A DNA stretch of 64,000 nucleotides from Limisphaerales bacterium (GTDB lineage Bacteria > Verrucomicrobiota > Verrucomicrobiia > Limisphaerales > JADLHS01), in assembly GCA_044225555.1 (NCBI GenBank), contig JBGAIM010000010.1, positions 9,457 through 73,456 on the forward strand, written 5' to 3'. The notes beneath the pieces are model-generated. The model saw only the letters and a program-made list of their open reading frames with translations. It searched no databases and was not told the origin of the DNA. This document shows positions 44,157-53,558 of this stretch, piece after piece (position 1 is the stretch's first letter; each line of letters begins with the position of its first letter). Made by a program: the position numbers and the translations under genes.

Positions 44157-46622
44157 CTATTTCGCCGGCGATGTTACCGCCAGGAGACCGTTCGCAGCTT
44201 TTGCCACCTCGAGTTCGGCGCTGAAGGCGTAAGCCGGGTCACCCCGGCGCGCGAGGGTTTCGCAGAAGATCGTGAGGCTTGGCTTCAAGTGGCGCGTCAC
44301 AGTCGAGCCGTTCAGTTCGATGTCCACCGGTTTGCTGAAATCCACCAGGCGCGAGTTCATCAAGACGGTGACCGCCGTGACGCCTTCATTGGCGGTGATC
44401 ACGAACCGGTTGTTCTGACAACTCGCGAGGATCTCCTGCTGTTTGCCCGGCTGCGGCACACGCAACCAGAAAAAATCCTGCACCACTGCGTCGGTCATCA
44501 GCCAGGTCAACTCGCGTGGCACGGGATTCCGCACTGCCGGATACATGTCGGCAATCTTGTCGCGATCCGGCAGGCCGGTGTGGCCGTTGCCTTTCACGAT
44601 CGTCACCGTGACCGGATAGATATCCAGACGCCCACCGCGCAGTTGTTCAACCTGCTCCTTGAACTTCAGGTTGCGTTCGTAGCGGCCATACATCGTGTCC
44701 TTTTCGCCAACCATCACCGTGAACGGTGTGGTGCGCAGTGTTTTCGCCGTTGTTTCACCGTCGGTGGCCGCGGCGGCGCTGGCGTGAATGGCCGCGAAAC
44801 GGTCGGGCATTTTCGGCCCGATGGCATAAGCGCCATAGCCGCCATGGGAATAGCCCATGACAAAAACCTTGTCGGGATCAATGTCACCAAAGAGGCGGAA
44901 CTGGCGAATCAGATTATCAATCAGCGGATAGACGTAATTGTCGTAGAAACCGTTCCACGTATCGTTCGGCGCGCGGAGGGCGAGATAAAGGTAGCCGCCC
45001 GCTTCCGGATGATCCTTGTAGTAGATCTGCATGTGCTTCCACTGACTGTCGTTTACTTCCTTGGGCGCGCCGCCGCCGCCGTGCATGGCGATGAATAACG
45101 GCCAACCGCCCGCTGGCCGGGTGCCGACCTGTTTTACGGTGTAAGGGCTGGTGTATTGTTCGAACTTCACCACGCTCGCATCGAAGTTGGATTTGAGATT
45201 CGCGTGTATGGGTGCGCTGCGGTACGTCTCCCAGGCGATCTGCCTCACGGCGGGCTCGTTTTCCTGAAGCAGCTTTTCGAACCGCGATGAGAACTTCCAC
45301 TTCGTCTGTTTGTTTGGATCGGCCACAAAGTATCGACCGAGTTCCTTCGTCAGGCTTGCCGCGTCCTTGGGTGGCAATGGTTTGATGGTTTCCGGAGTGA
45401 TGCCGCAGGAAGCGGAGTCGGCGGTTGATTGTTCCGTGAGCGTCAAGGTCACGAGTTGCTCGCCGGACTCCGGCGTGGTCACCTGTGTTTCGGCGGCGCG
45501 ACTGCCGAGGCGCGCGACGACCTGATACTTGTTGCCCGGCGCGAGTTTGAATGTGGCAAAATCGTTCAGGTCAGCCGTTTCACTGCGGCTTTGGTCGCGG
45601 CAGGCAGTGGTGGGATTTGCCAGATCGTTGACGACCACGTCCGCGGCCACTCGCTTGCCCTGCGCATCCAACACCTTCACCGCGAGCCGTAACTTGCCTT
45701 CCGTCGCGGCGACACTGGTGGCTTTGATCCGGTATCGATCCGTCACGTTGACTGCGCTCACTGATTTGTCGCCCGGCAACCATACCAGCGGAAAATAGAC
45801 ATCCGTCCGGCGAAAACTTGTCGCGTAGATCGCATGCTGCGGCACATCGCGTTGGGCTTTCGACGCATCCTCCACAAACCAACCGTGGTCCAGTCCGGCG
45901 GGGTCGGGTTCGGCCGCACCGACGAAATGCCAGTCGCCGTCCCAAACCTCGACCCAGGTATGATTGCCGCGCATGTTGGACCACATCGGCGTGCCGGCGA
46001 CGCGCGCCGGGATACCCACCGAGCGGCACGCGTCTACGAGAAGAATTGAAAGTCCGGTGCAGGTGGCGATCCCGCTCTGGATAGACTCGCCGGGGCTCTG
46101 GTCCGGACGTTTGCGAGTCGTGTTGTAGCGGACCTTGAAGTGCGGGAAAACTTTCTGGTTCAGCACGTGCGCGGCCTCGCCCGGTGTTTTGCAGGAAGCC
46201 ACCATCGGCAGACACACCTCGCGCAGCCTTGCTCGCCATGCCTCCCGCGTTTCGTTCAAGCAGGCGTAGGCCAGGACATCGTTGAAGAACAGCTCCTTCG
46301 TCACGCTGTCGCGCCATGGTGATTGTTCCCAGCCGTCGTAAGCGAGATTGAGGTCATCCAAAAGAAATTTCTTCGACAGCGATTTCAGGTCCGACTCCGG
46401 CATGTTCTCGACGAGAAAGCTCAAACCCTCGCGCCGGTCCGCCGGCGCATCGCGAAACGCCAGCGCAATCTCCGAACGATTGGTCTCCGCCAGTTCGAGC
46501 CGGGCCTCGATAGCGTCGTTCCAGGGTCTCACTGCCGCCGGTTGGCTATGGCCGGTGAACGGAAGCAGAATCAAATGCGCCAAGGCGCACGCAGTTGTGG
46601 AAACACAGCGCACGGTATTCAT
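44157..46622 (-). CDS. secreted fusion: transglutaminase-like cysteine-protease core + Ig/CarboxypepD_reg-like middle + alpha/beta-hydrolase esterase
   Basis: The ATG at 46622 gives the signal 'MNTVRCVSTTACALAHLILLPFTG'. TGase core: 'GIATCTGLSILLVDACRSVGIPARV...GNHTWVEVWDGDWHFVGAAEPD' (Cys/His/Asp). Esterase: 'WPLFIAMHGGGG' and the nucleophile elbow 'VFVMGYSHGGYGAY' (GxSxG). Confidence 0.75.
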   Translation of the reverse strand: MNTVRCVSTTACALAHLILLPFTGHSQPAAVRPWNDAIEARLELAETNRSEIALAFRDAPADRREGLSFLVENMPESDLKSLSKKFLLDDLNLAYDGWEQSPWRDSVTKELFFNDVLAYACLNETREAWRARLREVCLPMVASCKTPGEAAHVLNQKVFPHFKVRYNTTRKRPDQSPGESIQSGIATCTGLSILLVDACRSVGIPARVAGTPMWSNMRGNHTWVEVWDGDWHFVGAAEPDPAGLDHGWFVEDASKAQRDVPQHAIYATSFRRTDVYFPLVWLPGDKSVSAVNVTDRYRIKATSVAATEGKLRLAVKVLDAQGKRVAADVVVNDLANPTTACRDQSRSETADLNDFATFKLAPGNKYQVVARLGSRAAETQVTTPESGEQLVTLTLTEQSTADSASCGITPETIKPLPPKDAASLTKELGRYFVADPNKQTKWKFSSRFEKLLQENEPAVRQIAWETYRSAPIHANLKSNFDASVVKFEQYTSPYTVKQVGTRPAGGWPLFIAMHGGGGAPKEVNDSQWKHMQIYYKDHPEAGGYLYLALRAPNDTWNGFYDNYVYPLIDNLIRQFRLFGDIDPDKVFVMGYSHGGYGAYAIGPKMPDRFAAIHASAAAATDGETTAKTLRTTPFTVMVGEKDTMYGRYERNLKFKEQVEQLRGGRLDIYPVTVTIVKGNGHTGLPDRDKIADMYPAVRNPVPRELTWLMTDAVVQDFFWLRVPQPGKQQEILASCQNNRFVITANEGVTAVTVLMNSRLVDFSKPVDIELNGSTVTRHLKPSLTIFCETLARRGDPAYAFSAELEVAKAANGLLAVTSPAK

Positions 46623-46728
46623 TTTAGAGAAATAACTGCAACGGGCGACATGGGATAATGGCTCGGTTCTCAGCGCAATCACAATTTGGAGCGGGAGGGG
46701 CGCAAATTCACACTGCACCGAATCGTAG

Positions 46729-46866
46729 CGTCAGTCATCCTGCCTGACGTAGAGTGCGGCATCCTGCCGCGCAGCACAGACCCTCGTAACACCCGAGATG
46801 GTCAGCCATACGAATGTTTAGCCAAAACGTAGGGGGCTTCCACCGGGCTGGAACCCCGGCTCTACG
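46729..46866. repeat. cluster of inverted repeats/hairpins in a 417-nt intergenic region
   Basis: Three hairpins: cgtcag-tcatcctgc-ctgacg (46729-46749); gcggca-tcc-tgccgc (46756-46770); and a long imperfect one, cgtag-gggg(c)ttcc-accgggct-ggaacccc-ggct-ctacg (46828-46866). The 9-mer catcctgcc occurs at 46736, 46760 and 46980. Confidence 0.5.
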
Positions 46867-47135
46867 ACAGGCAAAGAGGCACGCTGCTACAAGGCCTGCG
46901 CATCCCCAAACAGCGGTCCTGACCAAGGCTGATGCTGACTTGGGAATTGCGCTAACTCTATTTGTAATGCTGCCGAATACATCCTGCCGACCTGACTTGG
47001 CCGCTTGAAAGTTGCCCGCTGTGGCGACACATTCAGCCTTAGCAAGATGATTGAAGAACGCTCCAACTTCAGTCGCGCCCAGATCACGGGGTTTCTGCCA
47101 ACCTCCCGCAGCGCCGAACGCAATCCCTAAGGTTT

Positions 47136-47597
47136 ATGTCTTCCGAGACTTTTGCCGGGTATGTCAGACGCTACTGCGAGTGGGCAGAATCCGACACGCA
47201 TGACCTTGAAACTGCCCGCGAGCTGCTGGTCGCGCTCATTGCGGGCGCGCCGGGTCTGAGAAGCTCAATTGGACAGGAGCGCGAACGCACTGCTTTAGGA
47301 TATCCCCGTGAAGTAGTATGGGCTGATACCAAGCGATACGCTGATTTCCCGTTTCAAGTCTACTACCCCTCCTATTGGCAGGAGGTACATCCGGAAGGCA
47401 ACATCACCGATAATATCCACAAAGATTTTGCCCACATCTACGCGGAGCTTCGCCACGGTTTGGACGCGCTGGAGAGAGGTGACATGGAGGGTGCGACTAA
47501 ATACTGGTGTGATTCGTACTTTCTCCAATGGGGTCATCACGCGAATGCTGCCGTTTGGGCGATTCAATACTATGAAGCAGGAATCGAAAGCGCCTAA
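47136..47597 (+). CDS. DUF5063-like hypothetical protein
   Basis: 153 aa. 'YYPSYWQEVHPEG...DNIHKDFAHIYAELRHGLDALERGDMEGATKYWCDSYFLQWGHHANAAVWAI' resembles the DUF5063 pattern as I recall it. AT-richer than the flanking genes. Confidence 0.45.
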   Translation: MSSETFAGYVRRYCEWAESDTHDLETARELLVALIAGAPGLRSSIGQERERTALGYPREVVWADTKRYADFPFQVYYPSYWQEVHPEGNITDNIHKDFAHIYAELRHGLDALERGDMEGATKYWCDSYFLQWGHHANAAVWAIQYYEAGIESA

Positions 47598-47617
47598 CCG
47601 ATACCCTGCTGCGCATT

Positions 47618-47694
47618 CGGACGGTTCCGAAGAATTTGCGCGCGACTATTTGCAGCCAACCGGGCATTTCCGGAGGCGGTCGTTGAGCTCTTGG
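47618..47694. repeat. intergenic ~77-bp repeat, copy A
   Basis: cggacggttccgaagaatttgcgcgcgactatttgcagccaaccgggcatttccggaggcggtcgttgagctcttgg. It aligns with copy B, sharing an identical 17-mer cgcgactatttgcagcc plus the blocks accgggc, tttccgg, ggcgg and tgagc. Confidence 0.6.
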
Positions 47695-47726
47695 TCGTGG
47701 TCTAGGCCACATTCGTACCTCTACCT

Positions 47727-48098
47727 ATGAAACGATACATCTTGCCAGTGCTGGTTCTGGTCACATGTTGCGCAGGGTCAGGTTATGTCTGCTATCGCGT
47801 GGGCGAGCGTGTGGGTGACAATCGTGCTACCTCGGTGCGGGCGGCCAATGCCGTGATGGTTTTGGATGCTCTGAATAAGCTGAAGAGTGGCGAGGTGGAT
47901 GAAGCTACTGACACTTTGGAACGCCGGTGTTTCGCAGATGCGGCAGGCGTGCTATCAGATACTGGGTGGCGCGTAGAGGCATTTAGGAAGATATGTGTTC
48001 CAGGATTGATTGCATATCGGCAGAGCTATCGGACCAATCAGATTGAGTGGACACTGATGGAACAGAAGTTGGAGAAGCTATTAGCGTGGAAGCCATGA
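47727..48098 (+). CDS. small N-terminally anchored hypothetical protein
   Basis: 123 aa. 'MKRYILPVLVLVTCCAGSGYVCY' is a hydrophobic anchor or possible lipobox; the rest looks helical. No family recognised. Confidence 0.45.
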   Translation: MKRYILPVLVLVTCCAGSGYVCYRVGERVGDNRATSVRAANAVMVLDALNKLKSGEVDEATDTLERRCFADAAGVLSDTGWRVEAFRKICVPGLIAYRQSYRTNQIEWTLMEQKLEKLLAWKP

Positions 48099-48143
48099 AT
48101 TCGTGGTCAAATAAAGCGCTGCAGTGCCGCCCCGCTGGGCAGG

Positions 48144-48221
48144 CGGACGGTCTGGGAGAAGTTGCTCGCGACTATTTGCAGCCGACCGGGCGTTTCCGGC
48201 GGCGGCCGCTGAGCATTTTGG
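48144..48221. repeat. intergenic ~78-bp repeat, copy B
   Basis: cggacggtctgggagaagttgctcgcgactatttgcagccgaccgggcgtttccggcggcggccgctgagcattttgg, lying 526 bp downstream of copy A. Like copy A it starts shortly after a stop codon. Contains the hairpin gccg(a)ccgg-gcgttt-ccggcggc. Confidence 0.6.
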
Positions 48222-48249
48222 ACGGTAAGCACAACGCAGCACGAATCTG

Positions 48250-48507
48250 ATGATTGTCATTGGACACATTTTGCTGGCACTGGGGTTGGTCGTCGCCCTG
48301 ATCGGATATGTCAAGTTTCTGTCAGTCGCTTACAGGCGCAGTCTTTGGTGGTTCTTTGGTTGCTTGTTCATCCCGTTTGTGGACATCGCCTTTTTTGCTT
48401 TTGAATTGGAAGGCTACCGCCAAGCCGTTTGGAATAAGTGTGCTTGGGCTAATGACTGCGGGTGCCGGAGCAGGGCTGGCGGGAATTTTATGGCCGAGCT
48501 GATATGA
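48250..48507 (+). CDS. small membrane protein, probably frameshifted at a T6 run (48391-48396)
   Basis: Frame 1 gives two TM-like segments ('MIVIGHILLALGLVVALIGYV...SLWWFFGCLFIPFVDIAFF'), then turns Cys/Arg-rich. The +1 frame (track ORF 48308..48502) continues with 'LLLNWKATAKPFGISVLGLMTAGAGAGLAGILWPS', a further TM-like segment. Confidence 0.4.
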   Translation: MIVIGHILLALGLVVALIGYVKFLSVAYRRSLWWFFGCLFIPFVDIAFFAFELEGYRQAVWNKCAWANDCGCRSRAGGNFMAELI

Positions 48508-48962
48508 AGAAATGGTCTACCATGAGCAGCCACGGCGGCATCGCGGTCGTAGCGAGCTTTGCTCTCGTTTTCACTGGATGCATCATTCCCAAGCCGAAGC
48601 CGGGTAAAGTCATGGTTGCCCCGGATGTTCGCGGACGTGTCGTGGATTCTGTGACTGGCAATCCTGTAGCCGGGGCGCAGGTGACGGTCGCCAGCCGACC
48701 AGAAACGATGTCCGTCAGCGGAGACGACGGACAGTTCCACGTTGAGCAGTTGTATAAGAAGTATGCCATCGAGTTCATTGACCCCGGTGGTGTGATGGGA
48801 TATTGCCCGCCACTAGGTGAGATCATTTTCCGGCTCGACGTTGCTCACCCAGGCTACCAAGACTTGCACTTGTGGATTAGGGAACACTTGGCCGAGACTA
48901 CCGCGAACCATGATGGCCCGTTTGTGATGCGTGATGTTCGATTGAACCCAGTAGATAGATGA
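48504..48962 (+). CDS. lipoprotein with carboxypeptidase-regulatory-like beta-sandwich
   Basis: The ATG at 48504 gives 'MKKWSTMSSHGGIAVVASFALVFTGC' (lipobox). 'VRGRVVDSVTGNPVAGAQVTV...SGDDGQFHV' matches the CarboxypepD_reg-type motif. Confidence 0.55.
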   Translation: MKKWSTMSSHGGIAVVASFALVFTGCIIPKPKPGKVMVAPDVRGRVVDSVTGNPVAGAQVTVASRPETMSVSGDDGQFHVEQLYKKYAIEFIDPGGVMGYCPPLGEIIFRLDVAHPGYQDLHLWIREHLAETTANHDGPFVMRDVRLNPVDR

Positions 48963-49004
48963 AAGGGCAGAACCCGTTACGTAGGGTTCGGTTAAGGCTC
49001 CCAT

Positions 49005-51347
49005 TCATCGCTTACGAAGAACAACTGGTTCCGTTGCATCGCTTGGCGCGGCAGGAATGTCGTCGGGTTTGGGCAGCGTCGCTTCGATCGCTTGGCCGAG
49101 CTTCAATTTGATTTCGTAGTTGTCGCCGATTCTCGTCACGCCTTCACGATTCCAACTCGGACTGCGGTCACCGAAGTTGTCGCGGATGCGGACCACGCCG
49201 TCGCGGCTCGCGACGACCCGCAGCCAGGTGGTGGCGTTGTTCTCGCGTTTTGCCGAAACGCGGTGGCCGCCTTCGGCACGCAAATCCTCAAAGGACGCAT
49301 CATGCCAGCGCCAGGGCATTGCCGGGAAAATCCGGATGACGCCCCAATCGCCGCTGCCGGGCGCGGCACTCCAGCTTTGCAATAGCATTTCGTGAAGCGC
49401 CGCCATGGCGAGAAAGTTTCCTTCGAGCGTGAAGGGTCTATAGGTAAAGCCGCTGAAACCGGAGGCGGTTTGATCGCCATTCGCGTGAAAGCCGTTCCGC
49501 AGGATGAACGCGCGCGTGTAAATATCCAGGTCGCGCAAAGCAGCTTCACCATCGCCGATGCGGGCACTGAGCGCTGCCATCCAGCCGAAGCTGTAGCCGC
49601 ACCAAGCACCGGTGCCGAAATCCCGCCACTGTTTCAATGAAGCTTCAATGATCTGCCGGTCGCGCGGACTGCCTTCGGTCGTGATGAGATTGAACGGATA
49701 CAAACCCATCAGGTTCGAGAGATGCCGATGACTGCCGGGCAGGGGAGTCTTCTCATCGAGCAACAAGGTATTGTCTCCCGCCACATGCCAGTCCCCGAGC
49801 TGCTGCGCCGCGGCGGTCCATTTCGCGGCGTCTTTGGGCTGGCCGCAAGCCGACGCCATTTCGCTCAGCGACAAGAACAGCATCTTCAGCGACATGAGAT
49901 CGTAGTTGCTGTTTGGAATGAGGAAGGCGCGGCGGGAATTGTCGAAGACTTCCGGCGAGCTGGAGAGCGGCAGCTTCAGCACGCCATTCGTATCCGGCTT
50001 GAGGAGACTCAGCAGGCAATCGCCGATCTCACGGCACCAGGGATAGGCGCGGGTGTGCAGGAAACGTTCGTCGCCGGCGTAGCGCCAGTGCAAATAGAAC
50101 AGGTGGGCATTCCAAGCACCCATGGTCGGCGAGAGGCTGTATTGCCCCCAGCCACCGAGCGCCTGGCCTTTTCGGCTCATCACGCCGGGCACGGCGGCGC
50201 CGGGAGCATCGTAGAATTCTTTCGCGAACTTGCGAAACGTGGGCAGCAAATCCCAGAGCATGTCGAGGAAGGTCGCGCCTTCATCAAATTGACCTGCCGC
50301 CTGGTAACCCATGTAGGTCATCTGCGTGTTGAGGTCGTTGTGATAATCACCCTTCCACGGCGGCAAACCTCCCGTATCCGCGGTCCACACACCCTGCAAC
50401 GGCATGGGCGGCGCGCCTCGACGTGAGGCCGCGCCATAGAAGTAACGCACCAGGTAGTAGTGCTGGAGAATGTGCGGCTCCGGCACGAAGACACTGGAGC
50501 GATCCCAGAACTGCGCCCACCAACTGGCGTGTTCGCGAAAGAGTTTTTCATAGCCAGCCTTCAGGGCCGACTCGACCCGGCGTTGCGCCACAGCTTGCGG
50601 ACTCTTGCCCTCGTTACGGGTGGCGACCGTCACCGCCAGCAAGGTCGTCTGGCCCACGCGCTTCCAACCGGCGTGCACGGCGTAGGCGAAACCATCGGCC
50701 CCCGGTTGTTCAAACCAACACCAACCATCGCTCTCGCCCGTGCGGGGCGGGGGATAGCCGAGTTGCTTCACGGACTCGGGCGACTTGAGCCGGACAGCTT
50801 TCAACGGCGGACCGGACAGACGCAGCAAGGCAACCGGCGCTTTCACATCGCCGGCATTAACAAAAATCCGGGCGTCCGATCCGCCGCCCAGCTTTGCGAT
50901 GCCTTCCGCCGTAGCGAGGTTCAACTCAAACGCCTCAACCGTTTGTGATTCGTCGAGGGTGATTTCGACGCGGACGGCAGGAAGTTTGGTGGGCGGCCCG
51001 CCGTAGTCGTAGTTCGAGTCGAAGATGTCGTTGAACTCGTCCATGCGGTTGCTGGCCACGAGCTGTTGCATGGTGCGCCAGTTGAACTTGTCCCGCACCT
51101 CGGTGAACCGTTTTGACGGTCGCTCGTCCCACAGATCGCCGCGATCCAGCGAAAGGCGCAACGTGTTGCTCCCGCCCCACAGCAACACACCCATCGCTCC
51201 GTTGCCGAGCGGGATGGCTTCATCCCAGGTCTTGATCGGTGCTGCGAGTTTCAGATTGAGCGAGGCATCGGGCAGCCGATCAGCCGCAAACGACGAGTTC
51301 ACGCAGAGTCCCAATGCGAACAACAATCTCCAGACGTGGAGTTTCAT
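49005..51347 (-). CDS. GH95-like alpha-L-fucosidase
   Basis: The ATG at 51347 gives the signal peptide 'MKLHVWRLLFALGLCVNSSFA'. 'WDEAIPLGNGAMGVLLWGG...LSLDRGDLWDERP' and 'PFTLEGNFLAMAALHEMLLQS' parallel the GH95 N-terminal and (F)QIDGNfG...EMLlQS motifs. Confidence 0.75.
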   Translation of the reverse strand: MKLHVWRLLFALGLCVNSSFAADRLPDASLNLKLAAPIKTWDEAIPLGNGAMGVLLWGGSNTLRLSLDRGDLWDERPSKRFTEVRDKFNWRTMQQLVASNRMDEFNDIFDSNYDYGGPPTKLPAVRVEITLDESQTVEAFELNLATAEGIAKLGGGSDARIFVNAGDVKAPVALLRLSGPPLKAVRLKSPESVKQLGYPPPRTGESDGWCWFEQPGADGFAYAVHAGWKRVGQTTLLAVTVATRNEGKSPQAVAQRRVESALKAGYEKLFREHASWWAQFWDRSSVFVPEPHILQHYYLVRYFYGAASRRGAPPMPLQGVWTADTGGLPPWKGDYHNDLNTQMTYMGYQAAGQFDEGATFLDMLWDLLPTFRKFAKEFYDAPGAAVPGVMSRKGQALGGWGQYSLSPTMGAWNAHLFYLHWRYAGDERFLHTRAYPWCREIGDCLLSLLKPDTNGVLKLPLSSSPEVFDNSRRAFLIPNSNYDLMSLKMLFLSLSEMASACGQPKDAAKWTAAAQQLGDWHVAGDNTLLLDEKTPLPGSHRHLSNLMGLYPFNLITTEGSPRDRQIIEASLKQWRDFGTGAWCGYSFGWMAALSARIGDGEAALRDLDIYTRAFILRNGFHANGDQTASGFSGFTYRPFTLEGNFLAMAALHEMLLQSWSAAPGSGDWGVIRIFPAMPWRWHDASFEDLRAEGGHRVSAKRENNATTWLRVVASRDGVVRIRDNFGDRSPSWNREGVTRIGDNYEIKLKLGQAIEATLPKPDDIPAAPSDATEPVVLRKR

Positions 51348-51369
51348 AAACACGATGGCGCGCGGTTGA

Positions 51370-53558
51370 TCACGGAGCTTCGATCGCGATCCAGACGCGA
51401 CCCTTGGCGGGCAATGCAACGGTGGTTTCAATTGAATAATCACGCTCGAGCTTCAGGCGTTGCGCCGAACCATCGTCGCGTCGCAGAATCGCTTCGCCGG
51501 TGAGCCCGGTGTAATACAGCGGCAACCGGATGCGGCGCTCCACGGCCTGAGGCAATGGATTGTAGAAGACGGCCAGGCCGCGTTCCTTCAATGCGGGATT
51601 GACGTGCAGCCAGCCGTCCCAATCGCGCCCGTCCGCGCGACGCAGGTGAATCAAGTCCGAGTTGAGAATGGCGCGGTGCTGCTTGTAGAAATCCACCCAG
51701 CGCTTGACCACGGCCTTGGTTGCATCGCTGTCGTACAGGCGCGGGCCGCGATAGCAGGCAATGACACCCGCACCAAAGAGATTCGCGAGACGCGTCTCGT
51801 AATGCGGCAGATGTTCCGCGAGCGGTTCAATGGTGGCCGCGGCGCCGCCGCCTTGATACTCAGTTAACGGCACGAACATCCAACCCATGCTCGGCGTCTT
51901 TTCCCACGTGCCGTCAAAAATATTCTGGCGCTCGATGATTTCCTGATACTCACGCGGCAAGGACCAATTGACCTCCCGATAACCCATACCCGTCTTGGTG
52001 CCGCCGGAAAGGAAATACCAGTCGGGTATGTTCAAGTACACGCCCTCGCTACGACACCATTTGTAGAAGTCGGTGATGGCCCGCCATTGCACCCACTGCG
52101 AATCGTCCAGCCCACGATGGAACGGGTGATTCGTGCTGGCGCAGGTGTCGCCGGGATACGAGCCGTCGTGTTCCAGCACTCCCAGTCCTGCTGTGTTGAT
52201 GAAATCCTTGAGTTGAGCGAGGTAATCCACTCCCCACTGCGCGCCCAGACACGGCATCACGCCAAACGCGGTCGGGCCGACGGTGTTGTCGTTGGTCGTG
52301 GCAGCGCCCCGGCTGGCCAACAGGGAATAACTGCCGAGCGCGATTTTCTTGGAACGCGCATAGTCGGCGAGTTCCTTGATGCTCGCTTGGTAGGCTTTGT
52401 CGCGGCTTTCAAAGTCGAACCCACTGCCGAACGTCATGATGACCATCTCGAAGCCGACGTCGGCGCATTGATCGATCGCCAGTCTTACGGCGTCCGGCTT
52501 CGCGCTGCGGACATGCATGAGCACGGGGTTTTCCGTCACCCACGGTGCAATCGTTCGATACATGCGCCGCTGGGCGAGCCCCTTGCGCTCGCGTTCCGTC
52601 GAGTCCTGCACCAACTCGAACGCCCGGAAGCTCTCGAAACTTTCCCCGGGCGCGATCACCTGATCCGGTCCGAGCGGCGGACGACACTCCAACAGGCAGG
52701 GCGTGTTGCGCTCGTAATTCACCTGCGACTTGTATTCCGGATCGGTGACCCAGTGAACGCCTTTGTTGCCGCCTTTGCTGCCCATGCCGCCAAACGCGTA
52801 GTCGGTCTCGACGTAGAGGTTGGGCCATTCCCAGCGTGGATTGTTGTCCACGTACGACTCGTACTCCACCGCCGCAAGGATTTCGCTGATGAACGAGTTC
52901 AGACGAACCGGCTGGTCCGAACCGTTGCGCACGACGATCCATTTGCTGAGCAAAGGAATTCCGTCGTAGAGCTCGTAATGAACCTCCACTGCGATGGCTT
53001 TGTTCGGTGCGGGTCCGTTCGTTGAGGCTTCAGCCGGCGGGGAAAACTCCAGGGTCAGCGAAACGCCCGGTGGCGGCCATGGCAAATCCTGTGGCATCCA
53101 CTCCGGATGCCGCTTCCACGGAAACCGCGCCTGCGTCCGGCCGGTCTGGAATCCCGTAAATCGAAACGCGCGCGGATTGGCCTTGAGGTTGGCAGTCCAG
53201 TCGGCGGCGAGATAGTTGTGAACCGGTTGGCCGCGCAATCCGCCGACCTCGTACTTCACACCATCCAAAGTCACACTGGCTTCAGGGCGTGCCGACCGGA
53301 GAAGCGATTCGCCAGTCATGAGATTGTCAAAAGCCACCGTCGCGGCATCCGGTTCCAGGCGAATGACCCGACGCACCAATCCGTTCTCCAATACAATCTC
53401 CTTCACGTCTCGGCCCGTAGTGGCCTTCGCCAGAAAAGGGCGCGGATCAATCAACCAGTCGCTGGCTGGCTGCGGTGCCGCAGGGAGAAACAGCGGTATT
53501 AAAACGACGGCGAAGAGGAGTGTCGTTCGTCTAAACCTTCTTGAAATGAGATTGTTTT

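Noticed and set aside
47618-48221. Whether the two ~77-bp repeats are a diversity-generating retroelement TR/VR pair.
   Set aside because: No reverse transcriptase is nearby and both copies are intergenic rather than at a gene's 3' end. The mismatches between copies are not restricted to adenine positions (t/c, c/g and g/t changes occur as well as a/g).
46719-49004. Whether the AT-richer islet is a prophage remnant, integrative element or defence island.
   Set aside because: I could recognise no integrase, recombinase, tRNA attachment site, flanking direct repeats, nuclease, ATPase or other defence hallmark. Only the compositional and strand anomaly is reported.
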